A DNA stretch of 64,000 bases from Candidatus Calditenuaceae archaeon HR02 (lineage in GTDB: Archaea > Thermoproteota > Nitrososphaeria_A > Caldarchaeales > Calditenuaceae). This document shows positions 1 to 9,300 of the stretch, one piece after another (positions within the stretch are counted from its first letter, which is position 1; each line of letters opens with the position of its first letter). The position numbers were made by a program, and so were the translations under genes. The stretch is taken from the NCBI GenBank assembly GCA_002898395.1, contig BEHE01000007.1, positions 1 through 64,000 on the forward strand, read 5' to 3'. Under the pieces are notes generated by a model. That model was not told the origin of the DNA. It ran no database searches and saw only the letters and a list, made by a program, of their open reading frames with translations.

Positions 1-2
1 AA

Positions 3-350
3 CTATACAAATCCAGAAAAAATGTCTACTACATCAGGATATGGAGGGGCTTTAATAAGAGGTTCTACGAGACTGTTGGCTTCACCATCGAAAGAAAAAT
101 GATAAGGCTAGAAGAATATCTCAGAAGAAGGATGACTAATACCAACCCCTCCCCCCTCTTTTCCCCTCCAAACCTAGCTTCACGCTTACAACCAAGCCAC
201 AATACCCTCCCAACTACCCCTAGAAAAATAAAGATGTGCGGGGGGTGGGATTTGAACCCACGAACCCCTACGGGACAGGGGCCTCAGCCCTGCGCCTTTG
301 ACCAGACTTGGCGACCCCCGCCTCTCCACGCTCTATTTTTGCGGGGGTGA
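3..350 (+). CDS. 3' part of a probable free-standing LAGLIDADG-type endonuclease (starts before the window); reads through tRNA-Leu in antisense
   Basis: Frame of ORF 99..350 is open from base 3: LYKSRKNVYYIRIWRGFNKRFYETVGFTIERKMIRLEEYLRRR. The F-x-x-x-VGF-x-x-x-RK-x-x-RL tail is typical of LAGLIDADG domains (compare FSEKVGFRHPEKAEKL in 31045..31686). The LAGLIDADG motif itself is not in the window. Confidence 0.55.
   Translation, partial: LYKSRKNVYYIRIWRGFNKRFYETVGFTIERKMIRLEEYLRRRMTNTNPSPLFSPPNLASRLQPSHNTLPTTPRKIKMCGGWDLNPRTPTGQGPQPCAFDQTWRPPPLHALFLRG
237..321 (-). tRNA. tRNA-Leu (anticodon GAG), no intron, CCA not encoded
   Basis: Reverse complement GCGGGGGTCGCCAAGTCTGGTCAAAGGCGCAGGGCT-GAG-GCCCCTGTCCCGTAGGGGTTCGTGGGTTCAAATCCCACCCCCCGCA: cloverleaf with long variable arm and GTTCAAATC T-loop. 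Confidence 0.96.
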
Positions 351-451
351 ATATTACGATATCCCCTTCATAGACGTGTTTAGACAGCCTTCTTAGCGTC
401 TTGGGGTAGTCTTTTTTAGTAGGAATGAGGTGGTTAAGTTGTGTATGGATT

Positions 452-934
452 ATGGGTAGGATGGGCCGTGATATAGTTAGGGCAGATATTAACGAGGTCT
501 TGTCCGACTTGTTGAAGGCTTATGCTGACGAGTGGCTTGCGCACTACCAGTACTGGGTTGCCGCCCAGTGGATTAGGGGGATTGATGCGGATACGCTGAG
601 GCCAATTCTCCTCAAGCAGTCTGAGGACGAGCTAAGGCATGCCGAGAAGCTAGCTCAGAGGATAATCCAGCTCGGCGGTGAACCGATTCTAGACTTCGCG
701 AAGCTTCTCGCAACTTCGGGATGTGGCTATATAGCCCCGCCTAAGGACCCCACCAATATTAAACAACTGGTCGAAGACGTTTTGAAGAGTGAGGCATGCG
801 CCATCAAATTCTATAATGAGATGGTTCGGAAATATAGGGACACGGACTATGTGACCCACGAGATCTTCGAGGATCTTCTAGAGGATGAGGTTGAGGACGA
901 GGAGGAGTGGGACAAGATCTACTCCAAGCTCTAA
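452..934 (+). CDS. Ferritin-like / DPS-like (DpsL) protein
   Basis: AYADEWLAHYQYW, EDELRHAEKLAQRIIQLGG, EACAIKFY diiron four-helix-bundle motifs; start placed at ATG 452. Confidence 0.88.
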   Translation: MGRMGRDIVRADINEVLSDLLKAYADEWLAHYQYWVAAQWIRGIDADTLRPILLKQSEDELRHAEKLAQRIIQLGGEPILDFAKLLATSGCGYIAPPKDPTNIKQLVEDVLKSEACAIKFYNEMVRKYRDTDYVTHEIFEDLLEDEVEDEEEWDKIYSKL

Positions 935-1122
935 AAGAAGAGTTTCTGTTCCTCAGATAGTTTAGATGTTTTTATTAGTTTGGCAGTCTCGGGCTTAGCT
1001 TTTCTCAGTACTGGGAACCCGCAGAATGGGCATCTAATGCCTGTGCCCTTGAAGACCCGCTCCTTCTCGAATACTTTTCCACACTTTACGCATTGGTAAA
1101 GAACCCTCTGACCAGTGCTCAC
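931..1122 (-). CDS. rpoP: DNA-directed RNA polymerase subunit P (Rpo12)
   Basis: YQCVKCGKVF...IRCPFCGFPVLRKAKP zinc ribbon; GTG start at 1122 inferred. Confidence 0.85.
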   Translation of the reverse strand: MSTGQRVLYQCVKCGKVFEKERVFKGTGIRCPFCGFPVLRKAKPETAKLIKTSKLSEEQKLFF

Positions 1123-1195
1123 GTAACATAAGTAGTGGTGGTTTTTTATATGCTTATGTTGCAGATTCTCCTCCACTAGAGGGGGGCTGTCCGGT

Positions 1196-1867
1196 GTGGG
1201 GCGGGGGAGGTTTAGGCTCCTAGCTCTTGACATGGATGGAACTCTCTATTCTTCCCATAGCTATGTGGGGGAGCTTGAGAAGATGATTGTAGCGCTGGTT
1301 GCTGAGATGCTCGGCGTGAGTGCTGAGACCGCTGCGAAGAGGTTGGCGGAGGCGAAGAGCCGCGCCCTAACCACTAGCGCGAGCCTAGACCTGCTCAAGA
1401 TTCCGCGCTCAGAATTCTATGAGAGGCTTTCCCAGATGGTGGAGCCGGCCAGACACATCAAGCCGCTGCTAGGGGTTGAGGATAGATTGAGAAGGATTAA
1501 GGCTCGCGGTCTCAAAATCGCCCTCCACACCAACGCCGGAAGAGCTTTGACCAAGAAGGTCCTCTCCGCCCTCGGCCTGAGACCGGACATCTTCGACATC
1601 ATAGTCACCAGCGAAGACGCGGCGCCAAAACCCTCCCCACAAGGCTATGAGCTCCTCCTACTGTCGGCTGGCTGTAGGGCCAAGGAGTGCATATATGTGG
1701 GGGATCGGGCGGTGGCGGAGCTGCGTACTGCGAAGATTATGGGAATGTTTACAGTTAAGGTGGGAGGCAAGGCGAGTATATGGGCTGATCTCCATGTCGG
1801 AGATATTCTGGAGGCTTTGAGGAGGATTGAGAGGCTAGTAGAGGACCCGGTCTCGGGCGGGGAGTGA
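1196..1867 (+). CDS. HAD-superfamily hydrolase
   Basis: LALDMDGTL motif I, KP, YVGD motif IV. Confidence 0.9.
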   Translation: MGRGRFRLLALDMDGTLYSSHSYVGELEKMIVALVAEMLGVSAETAAKRLAEAKSRALTTSASLDLLKIPRSEFYERLSQMVEPARHIKPLLGVEDRLRRIKARGLKIALHTNAGRALTKKVLSALGLRPDIFDIIVTSEDAAPKPSPQGYELLLLSAGCRAKECIYVGDRAVAELRTAKIMGMFTVKVGGKASIWADLHVGDILEALRRIERLVEDPVSGGE

Positions 1868-1901
1868 ATATCGTGTTTATATCCTCCGCGCCAAAGGCTA
1901 G

Positions 1902-2282
1902 TTGCGGGTGGTGGCTCTGAGCAGAGATGACGTGGTCAAGAGGATGAGCGAGGTGCTGAAGGCCGGGGGAAAGATGCTTGCACAAACATGCCCTGCGTGC
2001 GGAAACCCTCTCTTCGAGATAAAGGGGGAGCTTCGATGTGTTGCCTGTGATAAGCCCGTGGTGGTTGTGAGGGATCAGTCAGAGTCGGGGAGAGCCCTCC
2101 TACCCATCGTCCTAAGCAGCCTTGAAGGTGTTGTAGTGGGGAAGATCGATGAGCTGACTGGTAGGCTTGCTGAGTCCGTGGACCTGAGCGAGATAGAGGA
2201 GACTGCGAGGACCATTGACTCACTCTTAAGTGTCTTGAGGAAGAGCGAGGAGATTAGGCTGACCATCAAGCAGACTGGGTAG
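1902..2282 (+). CDS. UPF0148 / Sjogren autoantigen p27-like zinc-ribbon protein
   Basis: GGKMLAQTCPACGNPLF...CVAC. Confidence 0.8.
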   Translation: MRVVALSRDDVVKRMSEVLKAGGKMLAQTCPACGNPLFEIKGELRCVACDKPVVVVRDQSESGRALLPIVLSSLEGVVVGKIDELTGRLAESVDLSEIEETARTIDSLLSVLRKSEEIRLTIKQTG

Positions 2283-2841
2283 GGCCGTAGACTTGGAGGT
2301 CCTCATATATCGGGCCGTCGGGCCTGAGCGTGCTCTTCTTAAGCTTGACTCTATCTACGGTGATCTCCCCCACAGTGTGGGAAGATAGCTGGGATAGCCG
2401 CGATAAGACCTCCGGCTTGTTCCTGATGCCTTTGACTCTTAGAATTGTGATGTGGGGCTTGAAATCCTTGTCGGGTTTGAATCCCAACCCCGAGAGTCTC
2501 GAAACTACTTCACGCTGCACTGCCATCAGACGCGAATCTATATCCTCGACGCCGATCCAGATGGTGTTTACCCTCGACCCGCCTGGGAAGTATCCGACAC
2601 CCCTCAATAGGAGGCGCATAGGCCTAACCTCAATTCCGGATAAACACTCCCTAACCCTTTCAACCATCGGGGACTCCAACTCGCCGAGGAAGATGAGCGT
2701 TATGTGGAGGCTCTCGGGGTCCACCGGCCTCCCCAAGACACCAGCCTCCAGTAGGTCTTGCTGAATAGCTCTGACCCCTCTGACAATTTCTGGCGAGAAA
2801 ACGTCAACGGCCACAAAGCTTCGTATAAGATGCGAAGACAT
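2266..2841 (-). CDS. thpR: RNA 2',3'-cyclic phosphodiesterase (2H phosphoesterase, 2'-5' RNA ligase)
   Basis: Two HxT motifs (LHITLIFLG, PHITILR); RSFVAVD N-terminus; GPIYE C-terminus. Confidence 0.9.
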   Translation of the reverse strand: MSSHLIRSFVAVDVFSPEIVRGVRAIQQDLLEAGVLGRPVDPESLHITLIFLGELESPMVERVRECLSGIEVRPMRLLLRGVGYFPGGSRVNTIWIGVEDIDSRLMAVQREVVSRLSGLGFKPDKDFKPHITILRVKGIRNKPEVLSRLSQLSSHTVGEITVDRVKLKKSTLRPDGPIYEDLQVYGPTQSA

Positions 2842-2878
2842 GCGGCTTACACTCCTTCGGGAAGACAAGTTGCTTGGC

Positions 2879-3571
2879 TTAAAAATTAAGTTTCCGCTCC
2901 TCTTGTGCAGATAAGGCCTTTGCCCTCAGCTCGACCAGCTTGCTTGCAGTATTGTCGGCGAGCTCCTCGAGTCTATTGGATTCGTTTAGAAGTTTGATTA
3001 CCTGGCTGGGCCTATACCTGCTGAACTCGTCGTATATCGCCCTCACCATGTTCTGGAAGGCTGTGTCCCTCTCGAGCACGCCTTCACGGCCCCGCTTCCC
3101 CCGGAGCCGCCTGAGCCTCTCCCCCTCATCTACATCGACTATCAAATAGATGTCAGGGGCCAAGTAGTCGGATCTACCGATCCTCTCCAGGAGACTGATC
3201 AGCTCAACTATCGACGGCAGGTCCTGAAGCCCTCGCCGGTGCTTTATCAGGGCGAGACCGTAGACCGCAGAGCAGAGATAGTACCTGTCTATGAAGAGGA
3301 AGTGGGGGGTGGCTCGTCTGATCTTTTTGACCATCGCGTCTGTCTCGTCAACTGTGTTTGCGAGGAAGAGAAGCATCCTGCTCAGGGGCGAGATCCTCGG
3401 ACTGTTACCGTATGAGACCGCGAATATTCCGCTGCGCATAGCGCCCGGCGTCTTATGTGTGACTACCTTGAAGCCGCGCTTGAAGAGTATCTGCGCCACA
3501 CGCCTCATCAGGGTTGTCTTCCCAGACCCATCCGTCCCCTCCCATACCGCGATGTATGTAGAGTCTCTCAA
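2879..3571 (-). CDS. tmk: Thymidylate kinase-like protein
   Basis: EGTDGSGKTT P-loop and DRY motif. Confidence 0.75.
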   Translation of the reverse strand: MRDSTYIAVWEGTDGSGKTTLMRRVAQILFKRGFKVVTHKTPGAMRSGIFAVSYGNSPRISPLSRMLLFLANTVDETDAMVKKIRRATPHFLFIDRYYLCSAVYGLALIKHRRGLQDLPSIVELISLLERIGRSDYLAPDIYLIVDVDEGERLRRLRGKRGREGVLERDTAFQNMVRAIYDEFSRYRPSQVIKLLNESNRLEELADNTASKLVELRAKALSAQEERKLNF

Positions 3572-3683
3572 TTAGCAGGAGATATATGCTGGCCGCCTGT
3601 TAATAACTGAGAGCGCACTCCGCCATGGTAGGGGAGTCCATCAGGATTTAATTCGGAGCATACCTCTCTGGGTTGATTGGGAC

Positions 3684-4073
3684 ATGCATGTGAGGGTAAG
3701 CGTCAGGGCGGAGGTTTTTCCGACGGAGGACGTGGAGCGTGTTTTGAGGGCTGTTAGAAAGATTTTTCCTACTCTCGAGTTCAGGGTTTCTGAGGAGGGA
3801 GGGAGGACCTTCTTAGAAGCTGAGTCGACGGAGCTCTCAGCCCTGAAGTATCTCAAGGAGAATTGGAGGATGAGGAGGGTGAGGGCAGCTGCTGGGAGGC
3901 TGCTCCGGTCTGCGTCGGGCTCAGGCGTAGTTAGGGCTAGGCTAAGCAAACACGCCGCCTACGTCGGGGTTGCATCTATTCTCGACGAGGATGAGAGGCC
4001 GGGTCTGGGCGACATCAGCCTGGAGATTGAGACTGACGATGTGGAGGGTCTCATGAAGTGGTTGACGAGCTAA
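3684..4073 (+). CDS. UPF0201 / DUF54 RNA-binding domain protein
   Basis: VFPTEDVERVLRAVRKIFP and KHAAYVG signatures. Confidence 0.75.
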   Translation: MHVRVSVRAEVFPTEDVERVLRAVRKIFPTLEFRVSEEGGRTFLEAESTELSALKYLKENWRMRRVRAAAGRLLRSASGSGVVRARLSKHAAYVGVASILDEDERPGLGDISLEIETDDVEGLMKWLTS

Positions 4074-4489
4074 ACCCCCATGTGCGAGAAATGTTCGTGA
4101 ACAATCTTCCACGAGCCATCCTCGCGAACCATTACTGTTGTGCATCGTGCCTTCCTTATCCATCTCTGCCCTTCAAACCTATACTGATAGACAAGTATGC
4201 CGCTCATCTCTAGCTCATATGCAGCATAGGCCACGTCTCCATAGACACTGAGGTGTAAGTCTCGAATCTTGTATGAGATGTCTTGGACTTGATTCATGAG
4301 GCTGAGTTTTAATCTGACCCCCATCTCGCCTTCTAAGAGCTGGTATGGAGGAGCGTCGTTGAAGAGAGTATACCCTCTGCTTGAGTGGAGGTCTAGTAGC
4401 TTGGCGTGGTCCTTATTTTTGACGGCCTCGAAGACGGCGATTAGTGTCTGTACTGCTTCATTCTCAATGGGGCTCATGAGACTGAGCAT
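4070..4489 (-). CDS. SnoaL/NTF2-like domain protein
   Basis: GDVAYA...RCTTV...DGSWKIVHEHFS. Confidence 0.8.
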   Translation of the reverse strand: MLSLMSPIENEAVQTLIAVFEAVKNKDHAKLLDLHSSRGYTLFNDAPPYQLLEGEMGVRLKLSLMNQVQDISYKIRDLHLSVYGDVAYAAYELEMSGILVYQYRFEGQRWIRKARCTTVMVREDGSWKIVHEHFSHMGV

Positions 4490-4534
4490 TTACTCCCCAG
4501 ATATAACTTTAACATGATCCACATATTCCACTTG

Positions 4535-4834
4535 CTATTCTTCTAGGAATCGGATATCTCCGCTGACCTTGAAGTTGCCTTCTGTGACTCTCCGCTGAAC
4601 CTCTGCCAGAATGCCTTCAAGCTGCTCCCTCGAAAAACCCTTGGAGATAAGCTCAGCCTCAGTATCGTTCGATAAAGAGATGCCCACCGTTGGGCCGCCG
4701 ATTGTCATGACTGCAATACCGTTGAACCTGTATCTTTTATCTCCGAGGAGGAAGCTTCCAGTAAAAGTGCTGATCCTTCCCCTCGTCTCAGCCGAGTCTA
4801 TCTCAACATCCTCGGGCTGCAGCTCACTAGTCAT
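4535..4834 (-). CDS. Hypothetical protein
   Basis: 99-aa ORF in a co-directional gene run. Confidence 0.6.
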   Translation of the reverse strand: MTSELQPEDVEIDSAETRGRISTFTGSFLLGDKRYRFNGIAVMTIGGPTVGISLSNDTEAELISKGFSREQLEGILAEVQRRVTEGNFKVSGDIRFLEE

Positions 4835-4843
4835 AGCGGTCGC

Positions 4844-5455
4844 CTAGACGAATATTCTTCGAGCCGTCTGCTGGTCTATCTCGAGCTCGCTGAAGCAAAT
4901 CCCGCACACGTAGATGTCATCCCCTATTCTTTGAGCGCTCGCCAGGTCTCCGCCACATATTGGGCAGGCTCTTATAGGGTCGCTGCTCTTAGCGAACTTC
5001 TCTCCACAATTCCTACATTTACTCCCTCCGAGCGGCGTTTCAAAGCCGCATTTCGGGCATATCAGGGAGAGTCCAGCGCTCTTCACTTTTATCCCCCTCC
5101 TCAGCGACTCCGCCTCAGAGGAGCGTCTGAGCCCCTCGAGTGTATTTACATTCCCCTCCTTTATCACTCCTCTTTCCTCGAGGCTCTGGATAACAGCCTC
5201 CCTATCAAGGGAGATCATCCTCTCGGCTGAAAGCTCCTCCCTCACACCTCTCCTGAAGAGGAATAGCCCGGACAGGGCAATTGGGACCCCCACAACAGAG
5301 AGTAGGAGGTGGAGTGGGAGCCCCGGCGCCGCTTCAAGCGCTAAAACACTCTCGATGCCGCTGGAGACCAGGGCTATGTGTATGAGGGGGGCTGCCAGCG
5401 AGATGGTCATACCAGCGGCAGAGAGTATGAGTCCTAAGGTGATCTTTGATGGCAT
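4844..5455 (-). CDS. Membrane-anchored multi-zinc-ribbon protein
   Basis: Two N-terminal hydrophobic helices; CPKC, CRNC, CPIC, CGIC pairs. Confidence 0.7.
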   Translation of the reverse strand: MPSKITLGLILSAAGMTISLAAPLIHIALVSSGIESVLALEAAPGLPLHLLLSVVGVPIALSGLFLFRRGVREELSAERMISLDREAVIQSLEERGVIKEGNVNTLEGLRRSSEAESLRRGIKVKSAGLSLICPKCGFETPLGGSKCRNCGEKFAKSSDPIRACPICGGDLASAQRIGDDIYVCGICFSELEIDQQTARRIFV

Positions 5456-5579
5456 CGCTGTGCCATGTCATCTCTCAGCAATATAAAACTTATACACCAA
5501 GGGTCTGGGCCCACATAGACGGGATTGGACGAGGGAGGATACTGAAAAATTGTGAGATGTCTCCTGATATGCGGTCTCA

Positions 5580-5876
5580 TTGAGGCGGGGGGTGCGTAGT
5601 GTTGCGGTGAGTGAAGTGCTCAGACTCTTGGAGATAGCCCTTTCAACGACCGATGAAGCGCTCAGGAGGGAGGCCATGGCTCACGCGGTGGAGTTATCAA
5701 GGAGCTTCAGGGTCAGAATACCTAGGAGGCTCAGCCTACTGATTTGCAGGAAATGTATGAGGCCGTACAAGTTTGATGGATCAAGGGTTAGGGTTCGGAG
5801 GGGGCGGGCTGGCTTGACAGTCCTAGTGACGTGTGGATCATGTGGGGCTGTAAGGAGAATACCACTTAAGCCTTAG
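5580..5876 (+). CDS. rnp4: Ribonuclease P protein component 4 (Rpp21)
   Basis: RVRIPR...ICRKC...RVRV...VTCGSCGAVRRIP. Confidence 0.8.
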   Translation: MRRGVRSVAVSEVLRLLEIALSTTDEALRREAMAHAVELSRSFRVRIPRRLSLLICRKCMRPYKFDGSRVRVRRGRAGLTVLVTCGSCGAVRRIPLKP

Positions 5877-8397
5877 ACTCTATTGCCCCAGCCAGTATCG
5901 AGACTCTCTCCACAAGCCTCCGGTTCTCTTCCTTGATCCTCTCAAGCTCCTCCCTCAGTTCCTTATACTCGATACCCTTCTCCAAGCTCTTCCTAATCCT
6001 CTCGGCAGCGTCGCGAGCGGCTCTACGGTTCATCTCGTAGACATCGTTCTGAGCGACATCCTCAAGAATGCCTATCGCCTCGCTGCTCAGCAGCTCCCTA
6101 CAGGCCGCCACAACAGCCCTCCTAACCCTGTAGTTCGGGTCTCGCGCATATTGTCGGAGGACCTCCACCACCTCCCGCCGCCCCGGAAACTTTCCAAGAG
6201 ATGCAATTGCCGCAGCCCTAACGGTCGACTGCTTATCGGCCTCCGCATATCTCATGAGTGTCTTCAAAGCCTCCTCGCCACCCAGCTCGGCAAGCCCCCT
6301 CAAAACTCCCACCGTTATCGCTGAGGCGTGGGATGGAGTGTCAATGTGTCTGAGGAGAATTTCATAAACGCCCTCCTTCTTGGTCTTCCCGAGGCTCGTA
6401 GCCGCTGCCTGTCTAACATAGTAGCTCTCCTCACCGTTTGAGAGGATCTTCGAGAGGGCCTCCACCACATCATATCCCCTAAAGTTTCCCAAAGCCTCGC
6501 AAATAGACCTCTTGACCTTAGTGTCTGTAACAATCGATAATGCCTCTATCAACGCATTCTTTGCCTCCTCGGTTCTAAGCTCCCCGAGGGCCTTAGCTGC
6601 CTCAGCCGAGACGCCCCAGAACCTATCCCCCAGCACGCTTCTTTTCAACGCCTCGACCGCCTTTGCCCCGCCCAGCCTACCGAGCGCCCGCGCGGCTAGG
6701 ACCCTGCAGTAGACGTGCTCATCAGACTCTAAGACTTTGATGTGCTGCTCGACCCCCCTAGCAAGCTCCAGGGTCTTGAAGACCTCAAAGCGCGGGTCTA
6801 TACATACAAGCTCCGGTTGCTCATCCAGACTTATAACATGTGTAACCTCCTTCTCCCTGAGCTCTACGGTGAACTCCTTATCGGAGGACTTGGTCTTGAC
6901 CCTCACGGGTATGTCCAGGTGGTAGATTGGGAGGGAGTCTTCCCCCTGGGTCTGCTTAAACCTCAGCACCAGCTGCCTAGTACTGTCCCTCCACTCCTCC
7001 TCAACCCTGATCGCTGGGTGTCCCGCATTATAGAAGAACTGCTCGAAAAACTGCTCCAGACTCCTGCCCGAGACCTCTTCCATGACCTTCCTGAAGTCCT
7101 CTGTGTCCGCGACCGAGTAGGCATACCTTTTTAGAAAGAGGTTCAAACCCTTCCTGAAAGTATCCTCACCTAAGAGTGCGCGGAGCATGTTAAGTACGAC
7201 TCCCCCCTTCGGATATGTGTGTGCGTCGAAGAGCTCTGCTGCATACTTGTAGACGCGAGTGACGATCGGCCTCGCATAATAGTCCCTATACTCGCTCAGG
7301 TATGAGTCCATGTCTCTTATATTCTCGTAGACGAACTCGTCCTCGCCCTTATCATGCCTCACAAACAGGTTCTCGAGGAAAGTTGCAAAGCTCTCGTTGA
7401 GCCAGATGTGGGGCCAGTCCCTGCAGGTGACAAGGTCTCCGAACCACTGGTGGGCGGCCTCGTGGGCTATAAGCGGGTCGCTAGAAAAATCGATATGAGC
7501 CTTCTCATCGTGGAGTGTTAGCTCGGTCAGAGTAGTAGCAGTAGTGTTTTCCATCCCTCCAAAGATAAACTCGTAGACGGCGACCTGAGCATACTTACCA
7601 TAGGGGTATGGATAATCTAGGTACTTGGAGAAAAACTCTAGTATTTTCGGAGTCTTTTCGAAGCTGAGGCGATAGAATTTTCCGTAGCCTGGTGGAACAT
7701 AGTAACTCAGCCTCACCCCATTGAATTCTTCGCCGTATTCCTCGAAAACCCCGGCGACGACGCTGATCAGATATGGTGAGTGGGGCTTATCCATTCTCCA
7801 GTGCCAGTAGTCCCACCCATCCTTCGAGCCCCGCGAGATAAGGTCTCCGTTTGAGATGCCTATGAAGCCCCGGGGGACGTAGACTATGATTTCGGAGGTG
7901 TGTTTCTGCGAGGGGTGGTCGACCAGTGGTAGCCAATACCTGTTATACTCAGTCTCGCCCTGGCTCCAGGCTTGGGGGGCTCTATCCGGGTTGGCCTTGT
8001 CAGGCTTAATGAAGTGGAACCCCTTCCTGGGCCTCGCTCTATAGGAAATCTCTACCCTGCACCTCCCTGCATCCAGCCGGACATGTAGCCTCTCGCCATC
8101 GTACCTCCACTCTGCATCCTTCCCATCAACCTTGACGCTTTCAATCCACATCTCACAGGCATCAAAAGCAACCCATCCACCACCTGCGCTGTGCTCGACC
8201 TCAACCTCCTCGAAACCCCTGAGCGACTGTCCCTCAAAGTCTATCCAAAGCTCCAGCTTCAGATGACTTACTCGGAAATTGTTTACGGGTGGATACCGCG
8301 ATACGTATTCTGGGTAGGCGAATCCGCGGCCCGGCTTATAGTAGGGATATATGAGGGTCATGCTAATCTGAATCGGAGGGGGCGGATATATATCCAC
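5866..8397 (-). CDS. M1-family aminopeptidase with C-terminal HEAT repeats
   Basis: GGMEN, HEAAHQWFG...WLNE zinc motif, YPKG; HEAT-like repeats; start uncertain (possibly Met at 8361). Confidence 0.92.
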   Translation of the reverse strand: MDIYPPPPIQISMTLIYPYYKPGRGFAYPEYVSRYPPVNNFRVSHLKLELWIDFEGQSLRGFEEVEVEHSAGGGWVAFDACEMWIESVKVDGKDAEWRYDGERLHVRLDAGRCRVEISYRARPRKGFHFIKPDKANPDRAPQAWSQGETEYNRYWLPLVDHPSQKHTSEIIVYVPRGFIGISNGDLISRGSKDGWDYWHWRMDKPHSPYLISVVAGVFEEYGEEFNGVRLSYYVPPGYGKFYRLSFEKTPKILEFFSKYLDYPYPYGKYAQVAVYEFIFGGMENTTATTLTELTLHDEKAHIDFSSDPLIAHEAAHQWFGDLVTCRDWPHIWLNESFATFLENLFVRHDKGEDEFVYENIRDMDSYLSEYRDYYARPIVTRVYKYAAELFDAHTYPKGGVVLNMLRALLGEDTFRKGLNLFLKRYAYSVADTEDFRKVMEEVSGRSLEQFFEQFFYNAGHPAIRVEEEWRDSTRQLVLRFKQTQGEDSLPIYHLDIPVRVKTKSSDKEFTVELREKEVTHVISLDEQPELVCIDPRFEVFKTLELARGVEQHIKVLESDEHVYCRVLAARALGRLGGAKAVEALKRSVLGDRFWGVSAEAAKALGELRTEEAKNALIEALSIVTDTKVKRSICEALGNFRGYDVVEALSKILSNGEESYYVRQAAATSLGKTKKEGVYEILLRHIDTPSHASAITVGVLRGLAELGGEEALKTLMRYAEADKQSTVRAAAIASLGKFPGRREVVEVLRQYARDPNYRVRRAVVAACRELLSSEAIGILEDVAQNDVYEMNRRAARDAAERIRKSLEKGIEYKELREELERIKEENRRLVERVSILAGAIESKA

Positions 8398-8550
8398 ACT
8401 CCCCTCCCACAGCTATCGTCGTTGATTATAGCGATAACGGCTCAATCCCTAGACTCTATGACAACGAGGTTCTATCGTCTGAGTAATCTGGCGCGGCGCG
8501 TGTTACTGTTTGGGGTTTTTATCGTGCCTCAGCACCGGTAACTCGCGGAG

Positions 8551-9300
8551 ATGGTTATACTGGAGCTGAGGGACGTCTGGGCTAGCATTGAGGGGAAGAC
8601 GATACTGAAGGGTGTGAATCTAGTAGTTAAGGAGGGAGAGATAGCGGCTCTCATGGGTCCGAATGGCAGTGGGAAAAGCACGACCGCGCAGGTCATTATG
8701 GGACACCCGAAATACACAGTCGAGAAGGGTGACATACTGCTTGACGGGGAGAGCATACTTGGCCTCTCACCCGACGCTAGGGCGAGGCGAGGGCTATTCC
8801 TGGCATTCCAATATCCGGTAGAGATAAGTGGAGTCACTATGGCGAACTTCCTCAGACGCGCCTACCTCTCGGTCCAGGGGGACAGTACCAAGAAACTCTC
8901 GGTCTCGGAGTTCCACAAGCTGCTTGTAGAGAACTTCAAGCTTCTTCAGATGGACGAGTCTTTCGCCAAAAGATACCTCAACGAGGGCTTCTCAGGTGGG
9001 GAGAAGAAGAGGAGCGAGATCGTTCAACTCGCCACACTTAGTCCACGTATCGCAATACTTGACGAGACTGACTCAGGCCTCGACATAGATAGCGTAAAGA
9101 TAGTGGCCGAATCTATTAAGAAGATAAATGGGGATAGGGGGACTGGCTTCCTAGTCATAACCCACTATGCGAGGATACTAAACTATCTAAGGCCAGACGT
9201 AGTGCACGTCATGTACGATGGTAGGATAATAGCGTCTGGGGGCTTTGAGTTGGCCGAGGAACTTGAGAGGAAGGGCTACGCGGCACTAAACACTACCTAA
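8551..9300 (+). CDS. sufC: Fe-S cluster assembly ATPase SufC
   Basis: GPNGSGKST, FLAFQYPVEI, NEGFSGGEKKR, LDETDSGLD. Confidence 0.95.
   Translation: MVILELRDVWASIEGKTILKGVNLVVKEGEIAALMGPNGSGKSTTAQVIMGHPKYTVEKGDILLDGESILGLSPDARARRGLFLAFQYPVEISGVTMANFLRRAYLSVQGDSTKKLSVSEFHKLLVENFKLLQMDESFAKRYLNEGFSGGEKKRSEIVQLATLSPRIAILDETDSGLDIDSVKIVAESIKKINGDRGTGFLVITHYARILNYLRPDVVHVMYDGRIIASGGFELAEELERKGYAALNTT

Noticed and set aside
3600-3680. CTGATGGACTCCCCTACC on the minus strand, reminiscent of a fluoride riboswitch 3' half
   Set aside because: The required 5' GGCGATGG...CGCC stem and pseudoknot partner are absent.
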